Shown in pieces: positions 8,048 to 17,801 of a stretch of 64,000 bases of DNA. Origin of the DNA: a virus; the IMG/VR virus record IMGVR_UViG_3300027769_000875, positions 1 to 64,000 of that record. The stretch is one strand, 5' to 3'. How positions within the stretch are numbered: the first letter of the stretch is position 1; each line of letters begins with the position of its first letter. The position numbers and the translations under genes were made by a program. The notes beneath the pieces are model-generated. The model was not told the DNA's origin. It worked only from the letters and a program-made list of their open reading frames with translations, and ran no database searches.

Positions 8048-8608
8048 ATGAACTTATCAGTAGACAAGGCAATTGCCAATTTTCAAGAGGCATGTACAGA
8101 ATTTGCCACAAATTATATGAAAGACAATGGTGAGCTACCAATGCTTGTTGCTTTTCTTGCACAAAATGAAAAAAATCAGTTTGTAACACTGTTAGCACCT
8201 AATCTTTCTAAATTACACTCGCGTGAAGACAAACCTGTGTTTGTTGAAGCAGTAAAGCAAGCAATCAAAGTAGTCAAACCTATTGCAATAGCAATGGTGA
8301 CAGAGGCATGGGTTGTAAAACATAGCAAAGAAGATGGTCCTGTTGATTTATCAATACCTCCATCTCAACAACCTACAAGAGAAGAAGTTGTTCTTGTACA
8401 GATTGAAACATACAAAAATGCGTACATCAAAATGTACGATATTATCAGAACTACAACTGGAAGCATTGAGTTAGAACTTGATAAGAAAATTAGTGGTGAT
8501 GCACTTGACAAAGAAAACACAGATGGTCTGTTTTCAAATCTCTTAAAAGAGAATTATGACAATTTCTATAAGTCTATAGAAGAAAACTTAAACAAATTTC
8601 AAAACTAA
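8048..8608 (+). CDS. Hypothetical protein
   Basis: 186-aa ORF (EAW...PSQQP.REE motif). Confidence 0.7.
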   Translation: MNLSVDKAIANFQEACTEFATNYMKDNGELPMLVAFLAQNEKNQFVTLLAPNLSKLHSREDKPVFVEAVKQAIKVVKPIAIAMVTEAWVVKHSKEDGPVDLSIPPSQQPTREEVVLVQIETYKNAYIKMYDIIRTTTGSIELELDKKISGDALDKENTDGLFSNLLKENYDNFYKSIEENLNKFQN

Positions 8609-8613
8609 AAGAA

Positions 8614-8892
8614 ATGGAAATTAACATTGCACAAAGAGTGTATGTACTTACAGAAGAGTACATCACCAAAGATGGAGACAAAGCAATTGCTAAAGTAAAA
8701 CTTAGTGTTGATGAAACAAATGGAACATTTGAAGTAGTTCCAGGTGATGGAGGTGATTCTTTTTATTACAAAGCAAGAATGAAAGGTGACTATAACATGT
8801 GGGTAGCAGTAGCAAAACTTGCTTATATGGCTGTTGAATTTGGTCAGAAGCAAATCACTAAGGAAGAAGAGTCAAACAAAGATGCTAACTGA
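8614..8892 (+). CDS. Hypothetical protein
   Basis: Tightly packed ORF. Confidence 0.6.
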   Translation: MEINIAQRVYVLTEEYITKDGDKAIAKVKLSVDETNGTFEVVPGDGGDSFYYKARMKGDYNMWVAVAKLAYMAVEFGQKQITKEEESNKDAN

Positions 8893-9166
8893 AACTGAAA
8901 GAAATCTCAGAAGCAAATTAAATACGTTAACTCAAGATTGGACGCATAAAGACTGGAAAAAAGTAAGAAACAATGATTACTTTTTTTCAGACTATATGCC
9001 AACAATACAAGCTTTAATTCACAAAATAGAAAGGATTGAATACTACAACATCAATAATGTAGTAAAACCATATTCACCACCTGTATTACAGATGCGCATT
9101 GATGAAATGGAAGATGAAATAAATAAGTATAAATCAATACTTGATCCTTCAAAAAAAATAGAATAG
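8882..9166 (+). CDS. Hypothetical protein
   Basis: Probable ATG at 8882 (MLTETER...). Confidence 0.6.
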   Translation: MLTETERNLRSKLNTLTQDWTHKDWKKVRNNDYFFSDYMPTIQALIHKIERIEYYNINNVVKPYSPPVLQMRIDEMEDEINKYKSILDPSKKIE

Positions 9167-9167
9167 C

Positions 9168-9566
9168 ATGTCACATCCTTTACACCACAGCATTTCTTCT
9201 GCTAAAAAGCATGGAGGAATGCCAGAAGATTATTTACCAATTCATAATTGGTTTGACGAAACAAAGATGCATTATCCAGATATGCGTCATAGAGCATTAC
9301 GCCACCATGCAGAAGGTATATTCTGGTGTGAAAAAGAGTTTGGCGTATACATTGTAAACTCTGATGGTAAAAAAGTACCAGTCAGAGCACTTGGCGAACA
9401 GCATTGTATTGAAGACATTGGATGGATTCCTACAATCAAAGACTATCTTGACAACATGAACATTGTTGGATGGATGTACAAGCCTGGCGAAGGGAGAAAA
9501 GTTCTCAGAGAAATCGCAAAAGATAAATCAGATTATGTTGAACAAGTAAAAACAGAATTACCATGA
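9168..9566 (+). CDS. DUF6915-like His-rich protein
   Basis: MSHPLHHSISSAKKHGG.PEDYLPIHNWFDETK...RHRALRHHAEGIF..E..FG...NSDGKKVPVR..GEQH..ED.G.IPT. Confidence 0.75.
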   Translation: MSHPLHHSISSAKKHGGMPEDYLPIHNWFDETKMHYPDMRHRALRHHAEGIFWCEKEFGVYIVNSDGKKVPVRALGEQHCIEDIGWIPTIKDYLDNMNIVGWMYKPGEGRKVLREIAKDKSDYVEQVKTELP

Positions 9567-10249
9567 AGGTAGAAGATGTAATTAAATGGTGTGATGAGCA
9601 ATCACAAGATGGCAAAGAAGTAGCAATCTGCTGGGAAGGTGGAGGAGACTCAGGATGGGTCTACATGGAAGTTGATGGAGAACAAGCAAGTGCTGAAGAA
9701 TCAGATTGGTTACTTGATAGAATGTGTGACATTCTTGATTATGGTTCTTGGGCTGGTGAGTTCAATGCATCAGGTAGAGCTACATATGATGCAGAAACCA
9801 AAGTATTTGAAGGTGATGATGTTTATTCTGAAGATAGTTCAGAAGAAGTAGAATTAAAAGAAGACCAAATTATCAAAATCAAAATACCTAAAAGATATTT
9901 CTTTGAAGGATTAAGAGTTGAATTTGATAATATTCTTGATGGTGGCAGCGTTAATATCACTCCTGTTGTAAGAAATGGTATCTTAAATTCTGAATTAGTA
10001 ACTCTATGTGAAAGCATGGAGGATGAAATTAGGGATAAAGCATTAGAAATTCTTAGTGATGCTACATCATCTGAATATTCTGGATGGCAAAATGAAGAGT
10101 TCATCATAGCAGAATTGGAAGACGAGGATCCAGAGAACCATGTCATAAACATAACCAGATTGGAATACATGGGATACACTGAAGAAATACGTGGTATCAT
10201 TGTAGATTTGAATGAATACGCAGAACAATTTAATGATGTTGAGTTATGA
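9563..10249 (+). CDS. DUF6878-like acidic protein
   Basis: WEGGGDSG motif; ATGA overlap with the previous gene. Confidence 0.55.
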   Translation: MKVEDVIKWCDEQSQDGKEVAICWEGGGDSGWVYMEVDGEQASAEESDWLLDRMCDILDYGSWAGEFNASGRATYDAETKVFEGDDVYSEDSSEEVELKEDQIIKIKIPKRYFFEGLRVEFDNILDGGSVNITPVVRNGILNSELVTLCESMEDEIRDKALEILSDATSSEYSGWQNEEFIIAELEDEDPENHVINITRLEYMGYTEEIRGIIVDLNEYAEQFNDVEL

Positions 10250-10953
10250 GTGAAGTAGAAACAACCAATTACTATTATGTAGAAAACATAAAAGTATCTG
10301 AAGAAGTTGCCAAAATGTATTGGAAAAGACTTCATAAAGATTATGACAATTTCCATAACACTGTTATAGGAGAAAATGCTCATCCAGAGATGCAAATGTT
10401 TGGTGATTTAATCAAACAAGAATGGGATAGTATTCCACATCTTACTGTGCAAAAAGCATTTGAAGAAAAGAACATTGAGGTAAGACGCTTATACTTTAGA
10501 GCTATTGGTGTAGCTGAAATGTTTCAAGAGCTTGAACCAACATTGATTGATAAACAAGTTCTTGAGAAAGAAGGTATCACATGGGATAGTGACAACAAAG
10601 AAGTCACTACTCACATGCGTGATGAGTATGAGTTGTATGAGATTCAAGGTGCAAAATTATTTCCTGAAGAATCATCTTCATGGCGTACTGCAAATGCAAC
10701 TGTATTTGCAGTAAGATGTTGGTGTAGTACAACAGGTCGTGAGTATTGGATTTATGTGCCTAGAAACATTGGACAAAAAGGTGATGCGCTTGAAGCTATT
10801 GCTTGGACTGTGCAGCTAAATATCACTAATCCTGAGTATATTTATAGACAAGGAGACGTGATATTAGCAAAGCATTCTACAACAAGCCAAGAATGCAGAC
10901 CTTATCACTTAGAAGCAAAGGATTATGTTAACCTATTAAAAGCTGAATCATGA
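10246..10953 (+). CDS. DUF6745-like protein
   Basis: NIEVRR...IG, VRCWCSTTGREYWIYVP, ALEAIAWT, RQGDV. Confidence 0.65.
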   Translation: MSEVETTNYYYVENIKVSEEVAKMYWKRLHKDYDNFHNTVIGENAHPEMQMFGDLIKQEWDSIPHLTVQKAFEEKNIEVRRLYFRAIGVAEMFQELEPTLIDKQVLEKEGITWDSDNKEVTTHMRDEYELYEIQGAKLFPEESSSWRTANATVFAVRCWCSTTGREYWIYVPRNIGQKGDALEAIAWTVQLNITNPEYIYRQGDVILAKHSTTSQECRPYHLEAKDYVNLLKAES

Positions 10954-11219
10954 TTGATAATTACACAGATGGATGGGAGTCAACAACAAAGTTGCAATTG
11001 ACACCAGGTGGAGAACCACAAAAGCACATAATGAGTGCTGATAAACCTTTTGGATACAAACACAAAACAGATCAAGCAATTGATTTAATTGTAAAGAATC
11101 CAACAACCATAACACATGATGAACATGGTAAAATGGTTTTAAAATCAGGTACTTATTCAAAGACAAATCAAATGGAGTTTGATCCATTTAACAATACAGT
11201 GTCTTACATATTTGATTAA
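10950..11219 (+). CDS. Small His-motif (HDEH) partner protein of DUF6745
   Basis: TITHDEHG..VL.SGTY...QMEFDP; ATGA overlap. Confidence 0.6.
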   Translation: MIDNYTDGWESTTKLQLTPGGEPQKHIMSADKPFGYKHKTDQAIDLIVKNPTTITHDEHGKMVLKSGTYSKTNQMEFDPFNNTVSYIFD

Positions 11220-11226
11220 ACGCAAA

Positions 11227-11256
11227 AAAGGGGGATTTTTACGTCCCCCTTTCTTT
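11227..11256 (+). terminator. Intrinsic terminator
   Basis: AAAGGGGGA-TTTTTACG-TCCCCCTTT stem followed by T-rich sequence. Confidence 0.8.
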
Positions 11257-11361
11257 GTTAAGCATCAAAAAATTACTGTATGAACAAAACAGAAAACCAA
11301 AGCTGTCTATGCAAATATAAGACGAATTAACAAGATATAAGGTTTTCTCATTAAGTTTTTT

Positions 11362-11369
11362 TAAATTTG
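11362..11369 (+). promoter_or_regulatory. Bacteroidota -7 element TAAATTTG
   Basis: Immediately upstream of the dUTPase ATG, implying a nearly leaderless transcript. Confidence 0.55.
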
Positions 11370-11373
11370 TTAT

Positions 11374-11805
11374 ATGACAAACATTGAATTAAAAATCAAA
11401 AAGCTGCATCCAGACGCAGTAATTCCCTGTTACGCCAAGACTGGCGATGCAGGTATGGACCTAGTAGCTGTCAGTGAAGAGTGGAATAAAAACAACACAA
11501 TGGTGACATATGATACAGGTTTATCTGTAGAAATTCCTGAAGGTTATGTTGGTCTTTTATTTCCTAGAAGTTCAGTAAGCAAAACAACTTTAAACTTAGC
11601 TAATTCTGTTGGCGTAATAGATTCAGGTTATAGAGGTTCTATTATGCTTAAATTTAGATATCTTGAAGAAGGTGATGTTTATGAAGTAGGAGATAGAGTG
11701 GCACAACTTGTCATTATGAAATTACCATTTGTAACGATTACAGAAGTAACTGAGTTATCATCATCTGAAAGAGGTGAAGGTGGCTTTGGAAGTACTGGAA
11801 AATGA
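11374..11805 (+). CDS. dut: Trimeric dUTPase
   Basis: AGMDL, PRSS, GVIDSGYRG, RVAQL and RGEGGFGSTG motifs. Confidence 0.95.
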   Translation: MTNIELKIKKLHPDAVIPCYAKTGDAGMDLVAVSEEWNKNNTMVTYDTGLSVEIPEGYVGLLFPRSSVSKTTLNLANSVGVIDSGYRGSIMLKFRYLEEGDVYEVGDRVAQLVIMKLPFVTITEVTELSSSERGEGGFGSTGK

Positions 11806-11959
11806 AACACATAAGCATAAAAATAGTGTTCTACTTGAAAAAGTTTGGCTTAGGCGTTACAATAGATAAAATGCCTATAGTGTTTCCTTATGCATATAAG
11901 ATAACATTTCAAATTGGATGGGTAGAATCATGTATTTTTTTGTATAATAAAACTGATTC

Positions 11960-12331
11960 ATGGAACAGATAAATGTTAATAGTGGACAAGTACAAGTAAT
12001 AGGTCCTCATGGTTCTATTTATTTGTACACACATGACAATGCAAAAACTCTTGTTGGTACTGTACATGATGTACTTTTAAGAAGAGAAAGATGGGATGAT
12101 CCTGATTATTTGACGCGTATGATCTTTTGTGCTATGGTTTCACCAGATGAGTGGGATTCTAGCAAAGGATTTGGTATTGGAACTCAATACTATATAGATT
12201 CAAATCTGTTAATTACCATTGATATACAAGAACGTTGGATTACCATTAGTAGTTTTGGTAGTGGCGTTGATAATGTAAGAATGGACATTGAAGACTTTGT
12301 ATCTAATTTCTATAATAGCGCTGAATTTTAG
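11960..12331 (+). CDS. Conserved hypothetical phage protein
   Basis: IYLYTH...RWDDPDYLTRMIF...GFGIG. Confidence 0.7.
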   Translation: MEQINVNSGQVQVIGPHGSIYLYTHDNAKTLVGTVHDVLLRRERWDDPDYLTRMIFCAMVSPDEWDSSKGFGIGTQYYIDSNLLITIDIQERWITISSFGSGVDNVRMDIEDFVSNFYNSAEF

Positions 12332-12365
12332 TATAGCTATATAGTACAAAATCTTTTATATTTAT

Positions 12366-12373
12366 TAAATTTG
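12366..12373 (+). promoter_or_regulatory. Bacteroidota -7 element TAAATTTG
   Basis: Intergenic, upstream of 12427. Confidence 0.5.
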
Positions 12374-12426
12374 TGACAAGCTTAAGTCAGTTATTTTCAT
12401 AACTTAGTTCTTTAATTTTTGCTAAT

Positions 12427-12729
12427 ATGTTATACCAGCTTCCTAATGGTAAATGTATTGAGCTGAAAGTAGAACAATATGCAGGAATGTCTGATTTAGA
12501 ATGGGAAAGAATGCTAAAGGAATTAGAGGCAGCGAATTGGGGAGAAGAGCTAAATGATCCTTTTGCAATTAGTGTTTTATATTATGGTCCATCAAAGAAT
12601 AAAAGAGCTGATGATGAAGAGGATGATGATTATTACATAATAGAAAACGAACCAGATCTAACAGACATAAGTGATATAGACAAACTAACTGACAGTGATT
12701 TCATTGACATTGACAATATAGAAATCTAA
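12427..12729 (+). CDS. Acidic hypothetical protein (MLYQLPNGK family)
   Basis: ORF with a very acidic C-terminus. Confidence 0.7.
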   Translation: MLYQLPNGKCIELKVEQYAGMSDLEWERMLKELEAANWGEELNDPFAISVLYYGPSKNKRADDEEDDDYYIIENEPDLTDISDIDKLTDSDFIDIDNIEI

Positions 12730-12748
12730 GCTTGCTAGATAAAAACGT

Positions 12749-13165
12749 ATGCAAGTAAAATTAAAGAAGTGCGCAAATTGTAATCTGGAAAAGGTTATAT
12801 GGAAGAACTATGAAGGAAAAAAATACTGCAAAGATTGTTGGTATTCAGAAAACACAGTGAAAACTCCTTCAAATAAGCGTCCAATCAAACCAAAATCTGA
12901 TAAAAAAGACGTACTTGATGTGTTATACAGCAAGATGCGTAAAGAGTTCTTAAGTGAACCTAAAAACTCTACATGTAGAGCTAAATTGCCAGGATGTATG
13001 GGTCAATTCAAGGAGAATTTGACTGTACACCACACCAAAGGAAGAGGTTTGTATTATTTAGATAAGACAACTTGGATACCTTTGTGCTTGTCTTGCCATG
13101 AATGGGTAGAAACTCATCCCTTAGAAGCAAGAGAAATGAATTTATCACAATCAAAACTAACGTGA
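12749..13165 (+). CDS. HNH/His-Me-finger nuclease-like protein (NinG-like)
   Basis: N-terminal CxxC pairs, then C....PGC...VHHTKGR...PLCLSCHEWVETHP. Confidence 0.7.
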   Translation: MQVKLKKCANCNLEKVIWKNYEGKKYCKDCWYSENTVKTPSNKRPIKPKSDKKDVLDVLYSKMRKEFLSEPKNSTCRAKLPGCMGQFKENLTVHHTKGRGLYYLDKTTWIPLCLSCHEWVETHPLEAREMNLSQSKLT

Positions 13166-13166
13166 A

Positions 13167-13466
13167 ATGAAAAAGTTTATTGGCTATTTTATTATAGGTG
13201 CGTCAACAAAGAAAGATGCGTATAATGAAAGAGGATTATTGTTATGGTCTACAAAAAAACCTAACGCAGTAGTCAGATTTTTTAACAGAGTATTACTAAA
13301 CATTAGATGGGTAGACAAAGTAAAGGTTCTTGAAGAAAAAGGCCCAAGAGAAAACAAAGAGAACAATACCCAAATGTACAAAGTTGCTCCAAAAAGAGAG
13401 AACAAATATGAAAAACCGCGAAATAATCCAAGAAGAAGCTTTAAAAGCAATAAAGGGGAAGCGTAA
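13167..13466 (+). CDS. Basic hypothetical protein
   Basis: ORF between the nuclease and the helicase. Confidence 0.55.
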   Translation: MKKFIGYFIIGASTKKDAYNERGLLLWSTKKPNAVVRFFNRVLLNIRWVDKVKVLEEKGPRENKENNTQMYKVAPKRENKYEKPRNNPRRSFKSNKGEA

Positions 13467-14514
13467 AGCAGGTTTAGGAATTTCAATGGGTGTAGGTAAA
13501 ACGTTGATAGGTTTAAAATACCTAGACAGTTTACATCTTGCATGCATGTTTAAGAAATATCTAATTGTTGCACCCAAAGTAAGTATTTATGATAGCTGGA
13601 AGGATGAATGCGTAAAACATGGTTATACCCATTTGTTACCTCATCTTGAGTTTACAACATACAGATCACTTGATAAAGCAAGTAGAGACTATGATGTTGT
13701 AATTCTTGACGAATGTCACAGTCTTAAATTCAGTCATGATTACTGGCTTGCAACCTATCCAGGTAAAATACTTGGTTTAACTGGTACACCTCCACGTTAT
13801 AAAACTTCTGAAAAAGGTCGTATGGTAAATACATTCTGTCCTATACAGTATACTTATATCATGGACAGTGCAGTAGATGATGAAATCTTAAATGATTACA
13901 AGATTGTTATACATGTACTTCCTTTAAGTTCTGAACGCAATTTACCTGTAAAGAAACGAGATGGTTCTTATTTTATGAATAGTGAACAGAAAGCTTATGC
14001 ATATTGGTCTGATCAGTTAAGAAAGATCATGTCTCCAAAAGAAACGCAAATCAAACGCATTATGCGTATGAAAGCAATTATGGCGTTTCCTACTAAAGAA
14101 AAGTATGCAAAAGAGTTGATGAACATGATTCATGAAAAATGCATTGTGTTTTGTAATACAACAGAGCAAGCAGATTGGATATGTGATCACAGTTATCATA
14201 GTAAAAATCCTGACAGTGGTGAAAATCTGGAAAGTTTCAAAGATAGTTCTATTACTAAGCTATCATGTGTTCAACAACTCAATGAAGGTGTAAATATACC
14301 AGATTTGAAAGCAGGTATAATTATGCATTCATATAGTAATGAGCGTCAGAGTAGTCAACGTATAGGTCGTTTGTTAAGACTAAACCCTAAAGACAAATCA
14401 ACCATTCATATTCTTGCGTATAAAGATACAGTAGACATGGATTGGGTTGCAGAAGCATTAAAGGATATTGATTCTGAGAAAATTGTTTACATTAATCCTA
14501 TAAATCATGCATAA
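13408..14514 (+). CDS. SF2 DExH helicase
   Basis: MGVGKT (Walker A), DECH, LTGT, EGVNIP, QRIGRLLR; probable ATG at 13408. Confidence 0.9.
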   Translation: MKNREIIQEEALKAIKGKRKAGLGISMGVGKTLIGLKYLDSLHLACMFKKYLIVAPKVSIYDSWKDECVKHGYTHLLPHLEFTTYRSLDKASRDYDVVILDECHSLKFSHDYWLATYPGKILGLTGTPPRYKTSEKGRMVNTFCPIQYTYIMDSAVDDEILNDYKIVIHVLPLSSERNLPVKKRDGSYFMNSEQKAYAYWSDQLRKIMSPKETQIKRIMRMKAIMAFPTKEKYAKELMNMIHEKCIVFCNTTEQADWICDHSYHSKNPDSGENLESFKDSSITKLSCVQQLNEGVNIPDLKAGIIMHSYSNERQSSQRIGRLLRLNPKDKSTIHILAYKDTVDMDWVAEALKDIDSEKIVYINPINHA

Positions 14515-14890
14515 CACAACAATCAAAGTGATTATAAATGGTGATGAGATAATCCCTGCGTCCAAAGAAGATGCAGGGAAACTCAAACTGTTTAACATGG
14601 GTGCTAAAAAAGGACAGGAAATAGAAGCATATCTTACTGTTCTTGATAATGACGAAAAAACAGCAGGACAACTTGCTAAAGCACATGCTCTTATAAGAGA
14701 GATTGCAAATTCTACAGGTCACACAATTGACGAAATCAAAATGATTGTAAAAGACAATACTGGACTAACTTCTAAAGAAGGAAGTACAATAGAGTATAAA
14801 TCTTTTGCAGATTGTACAAAGCAAGAAATGTCAGCTGTAATTGAATGCTGTATTGAGCTAGGACACAGCCTAGGAATCTATCTTTATTGA
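14507..14890 (+). CDS. NinB/Orf-like recombination protein (tentative)
   Basis: Q..KAHALIREIA..TGHT.DEIK...KSFADCTKQEMS..IE pattern. Confidence 0.5.
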   Translation: MHNTTIKVIINGDEIIPASKEDAGKLKLFNMGAKKGQEIEAYLTVLDNDEKTAGQLAKAHALIREIANSTGHTIDEIKMIVKDNTGLTSKEGSTIEYKSFADCTKQEMSAVIECCIELGHSLGIYLY

Positions 14891-15291
14891 TCAGATTCCT
14901 TTGCTTTTTTAGCTGCTTCTGCACGTTCTTTTGCGTCATCTTCAGCCATACGTTTTTCAGCGTTGGCCATTGCTTCTTTAAGTTCACCAATTGTCATCTT
15001 TTCAATATGACCATTTTCATGAGCTGCTTTTTCAAATTCTCTACAAAGAATTAAAAGCGTTTCATATTGAAAAATCCATGGCTCAGTGACGTTGCGAGAT
15101 GCAATAGACCTGTGGGAGTTTTCAACTTCTTTTACAGATTTACCTTCAATTAAGAATGCAATAACACTTTGAATTCTTTTGTAGTAGCCTGTACTCATCT
15201 TGATTGATATGATTGCGTCTTCTTTGATGACGTCAACTACTTCACTATCATTTCCTGATGGCACAAATGATTTTACGATTTCTTCTGACAT
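14884..15291 (-). CDS. Hypothetical protein (single minus-strand gene)
   Basis: 135-aa ORF fills a gap with no + strand alternative. Confidence 0.7.
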   Translation of the reverse strand: MSEEIVKSFVPSGNDSEVVDVIKEDAIISIKMSTGYYKRIQSVIAFLIEGKSVKEVENSHRSIASRNVTEPWIFQYETLLILCREFEKAAHENGHIEKMTIGELKEAMANAEKRMAEDDAKERAEAAKKAKESDQ

Positions 15292-15318
15292 AATGTTTAT
15301 TTATTAATAACCAAAATT

Positions 15319-16083
15319 ATGAAAAATTTCACACCTGGTCAAGTTAAACTTGATCCAAAAGAAATTGCTGACAAAATGCACAGCATGCTTAAAGCGCATG
15401 ATGTAGACAAAACCAATGGATGGAACAATCTATTGAAAGGATTCTTAGTATCTGAGGATTTTGTAAACATAATCAAAACACTAGAATCTTTAGTAAATGA
15501 TGAGCAGAGATTTACACCTCCACTTAAGATGGTTTTTAGAGCATTCTCTGAATGTCCATTTGACAAACTTAAAGTAATTGTTGTAGGGCAAGACCCATAT
15601 CCTCAACTTGGAGTAGCTGATGGTATTGCATTTAGTTGTGGTAATACTGGAAAAAAGGAAGCATCACTTAGATATATACATGGTGCAATTGCAAGAACAG
15701 TGTATGACAATAGTGATCCTAAAGAATTAAATCCTGACTTAGCAGAATGGAGTAGACAAGGCATCTTGATGCTTAATACATCACTCACTACTGAAGTTGG
15801 TAAGATAGGAAAACACTTTGCAATATGGGATCCATTTGTGAAATATCTAATTGATATGATTAATTCTTACTCTATAAACGCAAAAAAACCGATTGTATGG
15901 GTTTTACTTGGCAAAAAAGCACAAGAGTTAGAAGAATTACTTGATGATTCACAGATTGTTCTTAAAGCAAGTCATCCTGCTTCTGCTGCATATGCACGTG
16001 AAAAACAGTGGGATTGTAATGATGTGTTTAATAAGGTAAACACTGAACTTGAAGCTCTTGATTCTACCAAAATCCTATGGTAG
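15319..16083 (+). CDS. ung: Uracil-DNA glycosylase, family 1
   Basis: VGQDPYP, A.GIAFS, LMLNTSLT, SHPAS motifs. Confidence 0.92.
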   Translation: MKNFTPGQVKLDPKEIADKMHSMLKAHDVDKTNGWNNLLKGFLVSEDFVNIIKTLESLVNDEQRFTPPLKMVFRAFSECPFDKLKVIVVGQDPYPQLGVADGIAFSCGNTGKKEASLRYIHGAIARTVYDNSDPKELNPDLAEWSRQGILMLNTSLTTEVGKIGKHFAIWDPFVKYLIDMINSYSINAKKPIVWVLLGKKAQELEELLDDSQIVLKASHPASAAYAREKQWDCNDVFNKVNTELEALDSTKILW

Positions 16084-16099
16084 TTTCATATTTTTTTAT

Positions 16100-16107
16100 T
16101 ATATTTG
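16100..16107 (+). promoter_or_regulatory. Bacteroidota -7 element TATATTTG
   Basis: 20 bp upstream of the probable DnaB ATG (16127). Confidence 0.55.
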
Positions 16108-16126
16108 TTTATCAAAAAATTACTTT

Positions 16127-17152
16127 ATGCATAACAAGCCAGAGACTGTTTCTACAGCATCTCATGCGCCAGCTTCGCACATAAAACCATGGCGAAAGTA
16201 CAGTGATATATTAGAAGAAAGTCTTGAATATGTTGCAAAACGCGCAAGAAAAGAGATAGTATCTCTAAAAACTTCATGGGAAGGATTTAACACTATTGGT
16301 CTTAATGGTATAGAATGGCAATCTTTATATGTGTTAGCAGCACGTCCAGGTGTTGGTAAGACACTTGTAGCAGCAACACTTGCAAGATCGCTTCAAGAAA
16401 ACAATAAAGACCAAGATTTTATGGTTTTGCATTTTCAATTTGAAATGCTTGGTAGAAACATGGGCGTACGCGAGTTATCTGCCTCTAACAATTTAGACAT
16501 ACGTTACTTACAATCTGCTCAGGATGATGGCATGCCACCTTTATCTAAAGCTGATTATGAGAAATTGAGTAACTATGTTGGCAAACAAAAAGGACGTAAA
16601 GAATTTGTAGTTGATAGATCAATGTCTGTTATAGACATGTCCAATACTATAAAAGCATTTTACGCAGAATATAGAAAACCGTTTGTGGTAACGCTGGACC
16701 ACACACTGCTGGTTCGCCAGTCAGCTTCAGAAACCAGTAAACAAGTTACATTGCAGAATCTTGCCACAATGCTAACTGAGATGAAGAATAAGTATCCTGT
16801 GACATTTATTATTCTTACTCAGCTAAACAGAGAGATTGACAATGCTGAAAGACAAAAGCCAGGTAAGTTAGAAAATTTTCCTACTGAGGCAGATGTCTTT
16901 GGAAGCGATTATCTCTTACAGTGTGCGGACGTAATGGTGGCATATAACAGGCCAGCCAAGTACAACATAAGTAGGTATGGCCCTCAAAAGTACATCATTG
17001 GTCCTAGTGACAAGTATTTACTTGCGATGCATGTTTTGAAGAATAGATTTGGAGAAACAAGTATTCAATGGTATAAGGCAGATTATGCAAAAATGGAAGT
17101 TGTTGAAGCGTTGGAACCTGACAAAGAACCATTTACAGCGAAAAGTAAGTAA
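16127..17152 (+). CDS. dnaB: DnaB-like replicative helicase
   Basis: AARPGVGKT, FEM, LDH, LTQLNR, ADV, KNRFG. Confidence 0.88.
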   Translation: MHNKPETVSTASHAPASHIKPWRKYSDILEESLEYVAKRARKEIVSLKTSWEGFNTIGLNGIEWQSLYVLAARPGVGKTLVAATLARSLQENNKDQDFMVLHFQFEMLGRNMGVRELSASNNLDIRYLQSAQDDGMPPLSKADYEKLSNYVGKQKGRKEFVVDRSMSVIDMSNTIKAFYAEYRKPFVVTLDHTLLVRQSASETSKQVTLQNLATMLTEMKNKYPVTFIILTQLNREIDNAERQKPGKLENFPTEADVFGSDYLLQCADVMVAYNRPAKYNISRYGPQKYIIGPSDKYLLAMHVLKNRFGETSIQWYKADYAKMEVVEALEPDKEPFTAKSK

Positions 17153-17171
17153 TAATTTAAATTTTTAACAA

Positions 17172-17801
17172 ATGAGTAGTACGTTTAAAGCTACAACAGA
17201 GCCTGAAAAGAAAAAGCACATTAAGGAGATTACCACTGAGTATCAACCTTTTTGGCAGAATCTTTTCAACCACATGGGCATCTCCAGTCCAAAGTTTGGT
17301 TCAAAGCTTTGTTACATGGGCAAAGAGTTTGGAGAGGAAAGGGTAGAATGTGTACGTTTTTGGCCAAGTGAGTTATCATGTGGTCAAGATTTTTACATTG
17401 AAATGTTTGACTGGGATCAGGAACACTATGATCGCAAGAACAGAAAGTTGTACAGATTGGTGAATAATCCAAACTGGAAACTCAATCCAAAAAAGTATGT
17501 AGAAGTTGAAACAGCAGGTTCTGGCTCATCATCTATAACATATGCTGTAAGATTGAGTGACTTGGAACTTGTAAATAGTACACCTGTTACCTCAGCTTAT
17601 GCAGAAGTAGTAACATTACCAGAAGAAGCTGAAGAAGACTTATTTGCTGGTATGTATTCTGAGAAAGAAGACAGTCACTACAGCGCGATGACAATGCGCG
17701 ACTACTACTGTATTCAGCACAATGTGCCTATGTCAAATAAAGAATGGTTGAATGATTTAATTAAAAAAGGAATAACATGGCAGCAGACAAAGCAGAAGTA
17801 A
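17172..17801 (+). CDS. Conserved hypothetical protein of the crAss-like replication block
   Basis: C-terminal MTMRDYYCI....P.S.K.WLNDLIK. Confidence 0.7.
   Translation: MSSTFKATTEPEKKKHIKEITTEYQPFWQNLFNHMGISSPKFGSKLCYMGKEFGEERVECVRFWPSELSCGQDFYIEMFDWDQEHYDRKNRKLYRLVNNPNWKLNPKKYVEVETAGSGSSSITYAVRLSDLELVNSTPVTSAYAEVVTLPEEAEEDLFAGMYSEKEDSHYSAMTMRDYYCIQHNVPMSNKEWLNDLIKKGITWQQTKQK

Noticed and set aside
9823-10395. 190-aa minus-strand ORF
   Set aside because: Ser-rich antisense shadow of the acidic DUF6878-like gene.
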